Notes under the pieces: generated by a model | Told to the model about the DNA's origin: nothing | What the model saw: only the letters and a program-made list of their open reading frames with translations | Database searches by the model: none | Shown: piece by piece, positions 37,400 to 50,633 of the stretch | Position numbering within the stretch: the stretch's first letter is position 1 | How the letters are laid out: each line of letters starts with the position of its first letter | Program-made: the position numbers and the translations under genes | NCBI GenBank assembly: GCA_964016885.1 | Contig: OZ024741.1 | Span: 38,626,001 to 38,690,000, forward strand | Source: Eledone cirrhosa | Lineage: Eukaryota | DNA length: 64,000 bases | Direction: 5' to 3'

Positions 37400-40120
37400 A
37401 AAAATGCTATCATATATTACAAAAATATAAAAAAAAGATTGCTACCCTACGGAAAACTATGGGATATGTGACAATGCTCTCCACATGCAAACAAAAATAA
37501 ACAAAGAAAACTACATTCGTCACCAACAAAGAGTGAAAAATAAAGTAGAAACGATACTTAGAGACAGGATAAACAGAACTCTTCAATACACGTCGATCAT
37601 CCTCAAACAAGAATTGGGAGCTGTCAGCTAGAAATGTCGGCACCAGAAGAGGGTGGCTGAAAGTAAAATGATTAATAAAAGATTCAGACGAAACAAAACA
37701 TCAATTTATAGAGATATGAAGGGCAAAGTAATAAATGTCACTGAGGCTCCATTCCAGAAAGACATAGATTCCTTCTGGAGAAAAATATTGGGTGAAGAGA
37801 ATAATTTCAACCAAGATACAGTATGGCTGAAAGAGATTCAAAATAATTATTGCCACTACACAACAACAAAAATATACAGTATCAATGATGATACCTTGAG
37901 AATGTGATAGTAAAACTCCAAGATAAGAAAACACCAGGAAGAGACTAAATTTGACATTCTATCGGATGTATCTGACCAGCAAACTCCCAAGGGAGATGCA
38001 CATATACCAGGGTGGTTGACATTAGCACAAACAACAAAGACACCCACTTGGCAAAAACATACCGACCCATTGTATGCCAGAACCTAATGTATGAAATATA
38101 TACAGCCTGTCTGAATCTATTTCTTCAAGATTACTGTGACAATGATAACATCATCACAGATGAGCAAGCAGCTGGGAAGCAGACTGTTTGGGAGTGTGCT
38201 GAACAACTCCTAATTAACAAAACCGTAATGTCAGAGGTGCGGCAACATAGGAGGAATATGGTTACAATCTAGCTGAATTACAGGAAAACATTCTGTTCTG
38301 TTTCCCACTTTCGGATGATAGAGGTCTCTCTACTTGCTAAAGACTCAGACACTATTTTCAGGGCCATAGAAAACCTATTTTCTTCTTGGTCAACTATTTT
38401 CAAGTTAAATTCAGAAAAGGGTGACTCTATTTTCACTGATAAAATAGAATATATAAGGTATATTTCAAAGAGATATCTGTCTGTGTTACTGTTTATCCTG
38501 TCGTTAAAACCCTTGTGCTTTCTGCTGAGGAAATGTGAAGGATACATCATTGGCTCACAGGAGGACAGAAATACGAACTTAACCCATAATTTCTTTGTGG
38601 ATGATCTGAAACTCTATGCCAAGTACATAGATGGGATGAAGAAAAATCTTGACCTGGTTACGACGTTCTTGAAAAATATAGGAATGGAGTTTGGCCAGGA
38701 TAAATGTTCATATATGATTGGAAAGCGAGGAAAAACTACAACCCAATCGAGCAACATTTTTATCAATAGCATAACTGTTTCACCGATATCTGACAAGCAT
38801 TGCAACAGATACCTAGGGATAAATGAGAATATATCCTATGATGGTCTTTGTAATAAGGAATGCGTAACCAAGGAGTATTACACCCGATTAAGAAAAATAT
38901 GGTCATCTGAAATCTCTGCGCACAATAAAACAATGGCTCTCAATGTGTTTACTGTGTCTGACCAAACACCAACATTCGGAATACTCGATTGGACGATAGA
39001 TGACATCCAAGCAATTGATGTTAAAACCCGAAAAATCCCAAACAACCCCGAAAATGTCCACACCAACTGTGACATAGATGCCTCTGCCTGGAACGTAAAC
39101 AGGGAGGCAGAGGCCTAACATCAGTCCAAACAGCATTTGAGTGTCACATCATATCCGTTTGACAAAGTCTACACACCAATAAACGTAGTAGTCCCTCTAT
39201 CGAGCAAGTCTAGCTACATGAGACAGATAAGATCATGGGAGTTGGGAAGGAGTTCCTTGAGAAATACTCCGTGCATGATAATCAAAAGCTCTCTCCTAGG
39301 GTAATTGCGCAACAATACCGCAGTGAATCCATGGATGACAAGCTGTATGTTTATCAGCAAAACATCATGCATGATATGTTGCCGGAAATCTCCAGAGTGA
39401 GAGTAATATAGATACGTAAAGCAGTCTATCTTGGTCCAACAATTGCTATATTGGCTCCCATTTTGAAGTATATGCTTTTGCAATCCAAGAACAGAAAATC
39501 AATACATAATATCCGATCTACTAAAGAGATAGGGATGCAGGCAAAACACCTCGATGTGACAACAGATGCAGACTCTGTGGTATTAAAATCGAAGGTGACA
39601 CCCATGTCATAAGCAGCTATCCAAAGATGCCATAATAGTACTATCTACCTACATGATTTAGTGGTCAAAACACTATACAATGCAATCCATAGAAAAGATA
39701 GCCCCGACAATAAACATATGAAAAGTTACTGCAATGTGGAAGACATACTTATATAATATGAAAGAGTATTGGTGGAATCTTCCAATCAAACCCCTAATAA
39801 AACGCAAGCATAACAGACCAGATATAAGATGGGACAGGGAAAAGAAGGCATGCACAGTAGTGGAAGTCAGCTACCCACAGATGTCAATATAATATTAAAG
39901 ATTAGCTAAAAGGAGAACATCTGTGCAGAACTAATGAGGAATCTGCAGATACTCCACCCTGACTATGCTTTTAGATTCGTACCTGTGATTATTGGGGTTC
40001 TGGGATGTTACTCTCTGCCTCAGTACAAATCATAAAAAGCTGGACTCCACAGAACCAGGAAGAAAACGACTAGTTAGGAACTGTAAAAATATGTAAAACA
40101 TTCCAAAAATTCTACATGCA
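37400..40120 (+). pseudogene. Decayed R4/Dong-like non-LTR retrotransposon (RT + CCHC + restriction-like endonuclease)
   Basis: YRPIVCQNLMY, EQLLINK, LLFILSLKPL, THNFFVDDLKLYA, IGMEFGQDKC, YLGI, CRLCG..HVIS, EYWWN..KHNRPDI, VEVS, FVPVIIG, VKICKTF; many stops and frameshifts. Confidence 0.85.
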
Positions 40121-40286
40121 ATAACTGCATATACACATGTATAGAAACAAAACGTATGCACGTGTACACATATAATTTGAGACATACGGATCCACACATT
40201 GGATCATACGGATCCACACATTGATGTTCTCTAAATTCCTATCTTCGACTTGTGTTATTAAGTATGTATGCATGTATTATAAAATA

Positions 40287-40683
40287 TCGTATTTACTCGT
40301 GTAAATGTCGACTCCCTATTTTTTGGCCCCCAAATTGGGATATTTCCATTTATCTCATGTAAAAATCGAAACTAGCTCTTAACGCTCAAGATATCGTTGT
40401 ATCAAGGTTTATATACTGAACATAAACGTGAGAAAATAAATGTTGTTATTAAATTATAGTCTGATGTTTAAAAATGGAAATATTCATAACAGTTACACAA
40501 TCTTATTTTTACGTTTTCATTCGTTGAAACATCGGTATTATTATTGTAATTCATAAACAGAAAAATATTTACAGTCTATTTGGTTTCTGCTTATTCGAAT
40601 GTAATATCCGTGTAATGGTCGGCTCTATAAATTTAACCTAAAAAGTACTCTACAAAATTCAATTTTTATACGCATATATACGA
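40287..40683. mobile_element. Tc1/pogo-type MITE
   Basis: Degenerate TIRs TCGTATTTACTCGTGTAAA and TTTATACGCATATATACGA. Confidence 0.4.
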
Positions 40684-41010
40684 GTTGTATTATGGCACAA
40701 CGACACTAAAGTAAGACTGTGAAATAATAAACGAAAAAATGTTAACTTCTGATGCACGATATGAAAGCGATATGCATGTTTTTGCCTCTGAGCAAGTTTT
40801 CTGCTTAAAAGCATTTTATTTTGAAATATGTATTTCTCATCAGGTAGAGTAAAAAGGAAAAAAAAACGTTGTGTTCGCCCGTGACAAGCAGTATAATGTT
40901 ATCAGTCACGAATAGTTAGATATAAAACTGCCTGAAACAGACGACTGTACCGATAAACGGACACATTTCAACATTTTATCAACATTTTGTCCAAGCAGCA
41001 TACACACACA

Positions 41011-41104
<94 letters not shown>

Positions 41105-41569
41105 TTGAAATAAACGCACTTGTGTCCTGAGGGTATTGCGGGTGTACATATACACATATACCGGTATATTTGCTTGCTTCTATCAATAATATATAATAGA
41201 GAACTCAATAATAATCCAAAGAGTACTATATAGTTTCTATGAATGTACTGGCTATTCGGTCTTTATGTTGCAACTATTAGTTTCGCCATTACACGGCTCT
41301 TTATATAACGTGTGGTAATATATTGTATTATATCTGTGAAAGAAGAAGAATGAAAGAAACATACGTAGTGTTTCTGTGGTTTTGTACTTGGTATGAAAGT
41401 TGCATGTTTTCATTTTCTGTCGTATGAAGGCATTGATATACAATGTGTTTATGCATAATAGATATACCAGACAACAGTATAGGAGTGCTGTATACCTGTA
41501 TTTCAAAATTATTATTTCTTATCAGCAACTCTTAAATATTTTTTGATAAAAGCTTTTTTACTCATGCTA

Positions 41570-41757
41570 GCATTGGATTGGCAGTATCGGTAGAGAGTTG
41601 GACGCCATACTTTGCAGCAAAGAGTTACGGGCCTTTATGGTCTGAGTTCAAATCCCGTCGAGGTTAACTTTGCCTTTTGTCCCTACGAGGTCAATAAAAT
41701 AAAGTACCAGTAATACACTGGGATAATTGCTGGCTTGTGCCAAAAGTAGAAACAATT
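41570..41757 (+). mobile_element. SINE, near full length
   Basis: Head GGATTGGCAGTATCGGTAGAG, B-box, body. Confidence 0.8.
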
Positions 41758-41832
41758 AATTAGCAATAGCACTAACACAGCAATATTAGATGCTGTATAT
41801 TAAGGGGAGAAGATATTCCATTTTATTGAATA

Positions 41833-42125
41833 ACACTGGTTAACAAAATGTTGACCTATGTTTCAGACCCTGTTCTTGAGTAATTTAGGACCGTTGAGTT
41901 TAAAAATCCCAATGCATGTTTTCTATAATGTCAAGTTTACACTTGGCCAACAAGGCGAGTATACAAGATATCAGTGTTTCCTGTGTTGATGGGATAGCCG
42001 AGCAAAAGATAAACATGAAAACCTGATGTGTTAGGGGGAAAATGGATGCCATATTGAAACCAGCACCTCAAAATTAACTAAACAACAATAAAACCTAAGT
42101 TAGCAAAAGGTATGTTGACCTGTGT
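41833..42125. mobile_element. Probable MITE
   Basis: ACACTGGTTAACA and TGTTGACCTGTGT termini; weak subterminal inverted match. Confidence 0.35.
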
Positions 42126-42267
42126 CATTATTCATTTGCATGGAAAAGGTAAATACTTTTATGACAGGAGCTAAGTCTGACTAATTCAGGCGAACAAAAA
42201 GGAAAATTTCATGCTTTGTACAAATTTCATGTCATTGGTAATAGTATGTCATTATAGTATCTATGGC

Positions 42268-42364
42268 CGAGGTTAACTTTGCCTTTCATCCTTACGGGGT
42301 CGATAAAATAAAGTACCAGTAATGCACTGGAATAATTGCTGGCCTTGTGCCAAAAGTAGAAACA
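42268..42364 (+). mobile_element. 5'-truncated SINE with 17-bp TSD
   Basis: ATTATAGTATCTATGGC at 42251 and 42365. Confidence 0.85.
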
Positions 42365-42512
42365 ATTATAGTATCTATGGCATACCATTAAGGTATTATG
42401 GGTTGTGAGAGCATACGAAATTAAATATGTAAATACTTTTTTAAATGTATTGTAAAGTACGGGTGAAATTAACAGATTCCTCTTGTATTATGCCATATGC
42501 ACAGTACAGTAG

Positions 42513-42664
42513 CTAGAAAGACAGGTAGACACTGGTGAGAAAGACCACGGCGTTATTTGCAACATTATGGATTGCCTCCAAGCCGCTGCGAAAATGTCTG
42601 AGGGGGCAATCCCGAACAATATGCAGTACTGTCTGGTCAAGAAGTGAAGAGATGGCATATCCAG

Positions 42665-42665
<1 letters not shown>
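42513..42665 (-). pseudogene. LINE C-terminal CCHC fragment (Ingi/Vingi/RTE-like)
   Basis: DQTVLHIVRDCPLRHFRSGLEAIH. Confidence 0.5.
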
Positions 42666-42721
<56 letters not shown>

Positions 42722-42796
42722 TGTGTGTGTGTGTGTGCATGTACATTACTCCTTCATCAGAAGAAACAATGAAAACTAAGAAAGATTTTATATATA

Positions 42797-43035
42797 TTAA
42801 AATAACAGATTAAAGTTCAAGCAAAGAATCGCTGCTTTCACCCTTAACGGATATCTTCTGAAACTCAGAAGATCTTCAGAAGATCCCGTTAAGGGTGGAA
42901 ACGGCGATTCTTTGCTTAAACTTTAATCTGTTATTTTAGTAAATATTTGCTCTATGGTTTTTATATATTTGATATACATTTGTCCTTATCGAGCCCTCTT
43001 TGGATTTTAGTCTGCACATTTATTATTATTACTAT
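42797..43035 (+). mobile_element. PLE family A terminal fragment folded back at the ribozyme 5' core
   Basis: 42797-42864 inverted against 42875-42938; junction stutter TCAGAAGATC twice. Confidence 0.85.
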
Positions 43036-43114
43036 ATAAATATATATATATATTTCGTTTCTGAATTTGTTTAGCAAGATTCTTTATCTGAAAACGTGTG
43101 TTGAAACCCGGATG

Positions 43115-43406
43115 TAACACATGCGCAAACTAAGCACACAACACACACAAAAACAAGATGGCGTAGGACAGAACAAAAGAGAGACACAAAAACAAAGGAA
43201 AGAATCCCCAGTCACTGAAGAGGTCACAGAATGTGTGACGAAAGAACTTTGACAATATATAAACAATCATCTGGTTGTGGAACCAACCAACCAACCAACC
43301 AACCGGAAATTTATAAATTCCTAAATTTATAAATTTATTATAATAAATTGAAGTGAAACTACTGGTGCGTGTGTTTCTTATTGGCAACATGACCCTCCCA
43401 AAGTAT

Positions 43407-43411
<5 letters not shown>
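43115..43411 (+). mobile_element. Diverged family B 3' UTR fragment
   Basis: Homologous to the reverse complement of 29430-29780; ends GACCCTCCC.AAGTATAACAA into (TA)n. Confidence 0.65.
43211..43253 (+). ncRNA. Minimal hammerhead, family B variant
   Basis: gtca-CTGAAGA-gGTCAC[7]GTGAC-GAAA-GaaC-TT-tgac; stem II covaries with the 60029 copy. Confidence 0.75.
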
Positions 43412-43472
<61 letters not shown>

Positions 43473-43931
43473 GAGAGGGCTTCTGTATAGGTTCCACCTA
43501 ACAAGTTTCATTCACAAAGACTTTGGTACACCATTCTGTGTACATTCTTGGCAACTACCAACTAAAAAAATATGTCCGCTCCATCGTTGGATGGAAGGAT
43601 TTTCTTAAAAGAAGCTTATACTTATTACTTTTTAGCTGTCGTTAGCACACACACATACATATATAAATACACATAAACAAACACACATATAAACAGTTAC
43701 ACATGTTTAAGTGTATGTGTGTGGCTCTTCTAATGTTGTGCGTATGTGGTCCGTATGAATGAACGCGTGTGTCCATATGTAATGGAACTGTGCACAAGGT
43801 TTGTCTATTTCCGTTACGCCAATATAGGATAGTAAATAGAATGTGTATTTGAATTGTATGTGAGTATATGTATGTATATATACACACACCATGCACACAC
43901 ACACACCCTACATACGCATACACACACACGC

Positions 43932-43964
<33 letters not shown>

Positions 43965-44024
43965 TACAGAAAAATTAAGCAAAATGAAGAATAAATAAAC
44001 ACATATGTACACTATATAAATATG

Positions 44025-44081
<57 letters not shown>

Positions 44082-44502
44082 GTGAGTGTGTGTGTGACTG
44101 TGTGCCTGTGCGTGTGTGTATTTATATAACGTAATTTATATTCATGCCTATACATAAAACTTGATACGCATACACACAAACATAACCACAAACATCCAAC
44201 CACAGACACACATTCACATACAAACATGCAGCGCAGTACATATATGCAGTATTTATCTTTACGTATCCTGTAATCTATGACAACATAGCCGTAATATAAA
44301 ACTCAGCTGGAGATTGAAATCGTGGGTGGCGGGCTAAAGTCTGTATTATATTGCCACTGTAGATCTACCCGGATTGCTCTCTCACTATACTTCCTTCTTT
44401 ATCACTTTTTGTCTATTATACTTTGTCTTCGTGTATCTCTCTCCTCTCCCCCCCCTCTCTCTCTCTCTCACTCTTTCTCTTCTCTCTTTCTCTCTCTATG
44501 TG

Positions 44503-44586
<84 letters not shown>

Positions 44587-44591
<5 letters not shown>

Positions 44592-46530
44592 GTAATATTG
44601 CCAGAATTAATAACAGAACACACTCACTGTTTGGTTGGTTTTCGCTTCTGTGTCTTTTATATCGGTAATCTAATTTATTCGGTCTTCAATGTTGCCATTG
44701 ACTGACCAACGGTCAAAAATAATACAGATACAATATAGACACAAACACATATATATAGTTTATCAAAGTTCTTTCGTTGCACATCTGCGACAACGTCAGT
44801 GGTGCTATTGTTTCCCCCGGGTGCATTGTATTTTCTACGCCATCTTTATTTAGTCTGTTTATATATTTATTTATTTGTTTATTTTATTTTGTCTTCTTTG
44901 CGCATGCGTTTGCGTGTGTGTATAGTGTTTTGTTTGATGTGTGTTCGTGATTGGGTGACTGTGTATTGGTTAATGTATCTTTACTAGTGTGCGTTTATAT
45001 GTGTTTGTTGTTATTGTGCTTGTGTATGTATTTATTTATTTATTTATCTATTTATTTATTTATACTTCTCTTATGTCAGTGTTGTTTGTTTGGGTGTTGT
45101 TATTCCATTCATTCTTTCTGTATAGCCTTGGCCTTCTAAGTTCTATTTCGCTGGCCTCTCTGATTTGCCTATCTGCTGGGTCATTTCTATGTTTAGATAT
45201 TATTCAAATTTCTATGTTGTCTATGTTACCGTCGTGTTGTTGTCTGGCATGTTCATATAGTACTGAACCGTTTTTTCGTCCTTTTAGTCCCCCCAGTGTT
45301 GGTCTATCCTTTCACCTATGCTACGAGCTGTCTCGCCTATGTATGTTGTTGTCATGTTTCTGCAAGTACCCTCTGTACATCTTATGCTATAGACTACGTT
45401 TCTAGTTTTACAGTTTATCTGGGGGTTTACCTTACATATGATACATTTCCTATTAGTACAGTGGGTTTTCTTAAAAGGGTAGATTTTGCTGATCAGGGAT
45501 TTTATGGTGGTTCCTGGCTTTTCTACCAGCTTAATATTTAAGTGGGTCTTTCTCAGGGCCTTTCTACACTGGTTAGCTAATTTCCCTCCAGGGGTAGCTT
45601 CCACAAACATGACACTCTGGTATCTCTGGTTGTCGTACCATGAGGTGGCTTTCCCTATCTTATGTCTAGCCCTATCTAAGCTATTCCATGATTTGCTCCT
45701 GTATAATGGGCAAATTCCTTTCATGTCCAGTTCTATGAGTGTCTTATACTTCTCCATGGCTCCTTCGTATACTCTGACTCTGTCTCTTTGGTTGTAGCCA
45801 GAGAACTGCATGCGATTGATGAAGTGTTGGATGTGTCTTTCCATTTCTGTTGGGTCGCACATGCGGGACACATTCTTCATCACTCGTACCAAATCTGCGA
45901 TCAGAATATTAAACTTAGCACTACTGGATATTGCTGAGTTTTTGAGTATCAGGTATTTGGAGGCCATGGGTTTAGCATAGTGTGAGTGGAGAATTTGGGC
46001 TCTCTCGTCTATAGTGTTAATCCAGAGTTCCGTGTCTAATACAGGTAGTCTATTGTTAGAGTGTTTGGAAGGGTAGTCGATAGTTACAGTTATACTCTGG
46101 TGTATGGAATTAACTATCTGCTTGATGCTTTCCATTGTGCTACGTTCTAAATCAAACTTGTAGTGCTCTCTAGTGGGGATGTTCTTATAACTATATTGAT
46201 ATCGTCTACGTAACGAGAGTACATGATGAGGTCTATGGAGCACTCATTAAGGAGATCTTTAAGTCTCCTTTCCCACCATACCATAAAAAGGTTGGCAACA
46301 TCAACAGCTATGCTGACGCCAATGGCTGCTCCCTCATTTTGGGTGTAGATCTTCTCGTTGAACTTGAATATGTGGCCCTTAGAGTAGTCTTGATACTAGC
46401 CCCTATTGCATGTGCGACCATTTTTCTTACCTGATCATTGCTTTGGGGGGTCCTTATAGCTTTGGTCCACCCAATCCACTTTCCCATGGGAGTCTTTTTA
46501 GCCATTGAGGTTATGGTGGGGGGTCTGGAA
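44587..46530 (-). mobile_element. PLE family B, 5'-truncated and frameshifted
   Basis: RT C-half and GIY-YIG followed by 3' UTR with HHR remnant (44763-44803, core CTGACGT). Confidence 0.88.
45284..46243 (-). pseudogene. PLE family B RT-thumb plus GIY-YIG fragment
   Basis: DYPS..RLPVLDTELW, YAKPMAS, RMQFSGY, VMFVEATPGG.LA, C..C..C, NVVYSIRC..YIGETARSIGER; continues out of frame to RQIREA. Confidence 0.85.
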
Positions 46531-46879
46531 GTATATACTTTCCTTATGCATATTAACGGCTGAGCAGCTTAATTTGCATATCGAGTGAGTTAATCGGCCG
46601 GGTGCACCGAACACGATAAACGGAAAAAATGAAACGAATTTTCATTTTTCACTCTTAGTACGGCTGTTACTTAAATATAAGTATGTATACGTACATACAC
46701 ATATGTATACAGACGTACCGTAGTATGTATATATATATACATGCACACATATATACATGTACGTATGTATCACCGAACATTTATTATAATGCTCGGTGTG
46801 TTTGTAAACAAACATCCCGAATTAAGCCGTACAGTGTCTAGCAACTATCGTTGCTCATTTGTTCAACACTGACAAAGGA

Positions 46880-46922
46880 ACGCTGTACTAGTTTCAAGCT
46901 TATTAGCTATCGTCAGCAACGT
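46880..46922 (-). ncRNA. Type I hammerhead ribozyme, family C, intact
   Basis: Reverse complement of 12005-12047. Confidence 0.85.
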
Positions 46923-47373
46923 ATACTTTCCTGCCAGATGGTTGAAAGTCTGAAAGTATATACTTTCCTTGTGCATATTAACGGCTAAGCAGCCTAATTT
47001 GCATATCGAGTGAGTTAATCGGCCGGGTGCACCGAAAACGATAAACGGAAAAAATGTAACGCAATTTCATTTCTCACTCTTAGTACGGCTGTTACTTGAA
47101 TATAAGTACATGTATACATGTGTGCATGTATGTATATATATATACATACTACTGTACGTCTGTATATATATATGCATGTACGTATACATACTTATATTTA
47201 AGTAACAGCAGTACTAAGAGTGAGAAATGAAATTTCGTTTCATTTTTTCCGTTTATCGTTTTCGGTACCCCGGCCGATTAACTCACTCGATATGCAAATT
47301 AGGCTGCTCAGTTGTTAATACGCATAAGGAAAGTATATACTTTCAGACGTTCAACCATCTGGCAGGAAGGTAT

Positions 47374-47416
47374 ACGTTTCTGACGGTAGGTAATAAGCTT
47401 GAACCTAGTACAGCGT
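47374..47416 (+). ncRNA. Family C hammerhead, inactivated core
   Basis: CTGACGG and GAAC substitutions. Confidence 0.6.
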
Positions 47417-47619
47417 TCCTTTGTCAGTGTTGAACAAACGAGAAACGATGGTTGCTAGACACTGTACGGCTTAATTCGGGATGTTTGTTTACAAACACAC
47501 CGAGCATTATAATAAATGTTCGGTGAATCCATACGTACATGTATATATGTGTGCATGTATGTATATATATATACATACTACTGTACGTCTGTATACATAT
47601 ATGTATGTACGTATACATA

Positions 47620-47717
<98 letters not shown>

Positions 47718-47877
47718 TATATTTACATACACATATATATATATACATATATATATATACACACACACACATATATCTATATCAGAAAGAATCTTGCTAA
47801 ACAAATTCAGAAACGATATATATATATATATATATATATAATTATATACATATATATAACTGTATCCATTTAAATCC

Positions 47878-47966
<89 letters not shown>

Positions 47967-47995
47967 TAGATATATATACACACATATATATATAT

Positions 47996-48048
<53 letters not shown>

Positions 48049-48084
48049 CATGTATATATACATGTATATATACATATATATATA

Positions 48085-48585
48085 TGAATGTATGTATAGT
48101 ATATTTGGTAATATACCGTATGTTTAATTAAAAACATTTTGAAGACCTTGCGCCATTATTTTAAAGTAGTGATTAAGTCACTTAATTCATAGTCACTACT
48201 TTAAAATAATAGCGCAAGGTTTTCAAAATATTTTTAATTAAACATACAGTATATTACCAAATATACTATACATACACATGTATACATCGGTATTTCAGAG
48301 CACCAATCCTAATTTTTTATTTTTGCTGGACCGGCAATCCCTCTGTATAATCAGTTCCTGATTATTACTGGAATTCTATAAGAATCCAGCCTTTATAATT
48401 TCCGGCATAGGTCGGCGAGTACGTTGTTCTGAGGAACACCAACAGTGTGAAACAGATCTGTCAGCTTCTCTCCCTTCCTTTGCTGAAAAAAGAAGTGACA
48501 TAGTCACTACTTTAAATAATAGCGCAAGGTCTTCAAAATGTTTAATTAAACATACAGTATATTACCAAATATATTATACATACAT

Positions 48586-48586
<1 letters not shown>
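48085..48586 (+). mobile_element. ORF-less HHR-bearing family E: inverted arm plus ~1.3 units of a 311-nt monomer
   Basis: CATAGTCACTACTTTAAA at 48188 and 48499; 48090-48175 inverted; (TA)n flanks. Confidence 0.85.
48426..48465 (+). ncRNA. Type I hammerhead ribozyme, family E, canonical core
   Basis: gtt-CTGAGGA-ACACcaacaGTGT-GAAA-CAGATCTG-TC-agc; palindromic helix III, GUC site. Confidence 0.85.
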
Positions 48587-48661
<75 letters not shown>

Positions 48662-49427
48662 ACAGGGAGAAAAAGACGATTATTAGGAAGAAAAATATAT
48701 TTTTTTATTTTTTTATTTATTTCTCTCTTTTTTTCTGGGTTAGAAAATGGTTTTAACAAAATATTTTACTTTGTGTTAAGTGTTAAGGTATTAGTTTATT
48801 TATTTATTAATTAACAATGGGATTTATTTATTTATTTATATATTTAATAATTGTCTATTTCCGGTTTCAGCATTTTTATGCATTATCAAATGATAATAAT
48901 ATGTATTGGGGTAGAATGGCAGTCTGAATTGGTGTTGGAAAGACAGGTATACATGTTGTTGAAGTGTCGTTTACTCCGTCAATACATCGATATATATATA
49001 GTTAAGCTGGTATTTTATTTATCAGATAGTGTCTGTATCGGTCCTATCCATTGTGGTTATATGGTCTAAATTTATTTTTGGTCAGTTCATATTTTGTGTA
49101 GGTCGTTTACGAATTACGTAACCGTAACCATAGGGTAGCAGTAACCGCCGAGGTATATAGTAACGATGTCATATGACGGCTATAGACGGAAGAATATCGT
49201 CACCCTCTATTTCAGAAATTGCTGTATGTTTGGTTGTTGATATGATGGGAGTGTATTGGGTATAACATGAAGGTCCTGATTAGTCTTATTTTGTTTCACG
49301 TGGTGTCTAGTGGATGAGATTGAATGTCGGTTTACAGACTTGGTTAGATTTTTGTGAATACTCGTGGATTGAAGCTTCTTTGTTTACACTTATTTTAGGG
49401 CAATTAGTTACCACAGACTCCCACATA

Positions 49428-49478
<51 letters not shown>

Positions 49479-49536
49479 TTATATTATGCATATACAAATG
49501 TATATATACATATATGTATATATATATGTATGCATG

Positions 49537-49591
<55 letters not shown>

Positions 49592-49699
49592 ATGTGTGTG
49601 TATGTGTGTGTATGTGTATGAATACATATATATACAGTATATATGTATGCGTGTGTATATATATTCACACACAGGCACAGACACACACACACACACATG

Positions 49700-49762
<63 letters not shown>

Positions 49763-49963
49763 GCATGTGTGTGTGTATGTGTGTGTGCGTTTGTGCAGAG
49801 AACAATAAAACAAATAGAAGACAGGTGTATGTAGATAGTTAGTTTATTACTTTAGATCTTTTCAGAGGGTTAATTGATTGATGGAGATCGATGTATTGAC
49901 TAGAATGGTAGTGGTTAAGTTACTATCTATTTCTTGCCTCGAAATCCCTGTACACTCCCTGTT

Positions 49964-50029
<66 letters not shown>

Positions 50030-50033
<4 letters not shown>

Positions 50034-50175
50034 AAAAAGAGATGAAATCGAAAATGCAACTGGAGTTTTATTTTTTTTTTAAATATATATATTTATTTGG
50101 TTCCTTTACCGGTTTCGCAGTTCTTCTGCTTTTCAAAAGGTGAGTTGAGATGGAGGGTCTGTGGTTTTTCTCACA
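50030..50175 (-). mobile_element. Family F short HHR element
   Basis: Homologous to 60974-61120 and 63507-63640; in (TA)n. Confidence 0.8.
50103..50140 (-). ncRNA. Minimal hammerhead with U3-A8 covariation, family F
   Basis: cctt-TTGAAAA-GCAGaagaaCTGC-GAAA-CCGG-TA-aagg. Confidence 0.8.
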
Positions 50176-50530
50176 TCATATATATATATAATGACTGCCC
50201 CCTTCTTATCCTGTATGGCCATGCCATGATCGTGCAATGCCTTTTAAAGATTTTTTTAAAGTGAGGAAAAACTGTGCACTGAGCCAATCCCACTCTCTGA
50301 GCGACAGTAGCTATAACTCGAAAAGAAGAAAAGATCAACATCTTCGGTAACTACTGAGCCGCAGGATTTATGTCGGAGTTATCCCAGTTTCCTGAGTTGC
50401 CTTCTCCTAGAAGAATGCCCTGACAAATGCTAGGGTTCCTTCACTCCCAGTGGTTTAACCGCGCGATCGGGTATCCCTTCGGATTATTTCTATGTCCCCG
50501 CGCATATACACACATATGCACACATGCATA

Positions 50531-50633
<103 letters not shown>

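Larger units (their letters stand above)
46527..47622. mobile_element. Family C: two divergent arms, each longer than one monomer
   Basis: Minus arm 46527-47110 (period ~425), plus arm 47120-47622 (period ~429). Confidence 0.88.
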
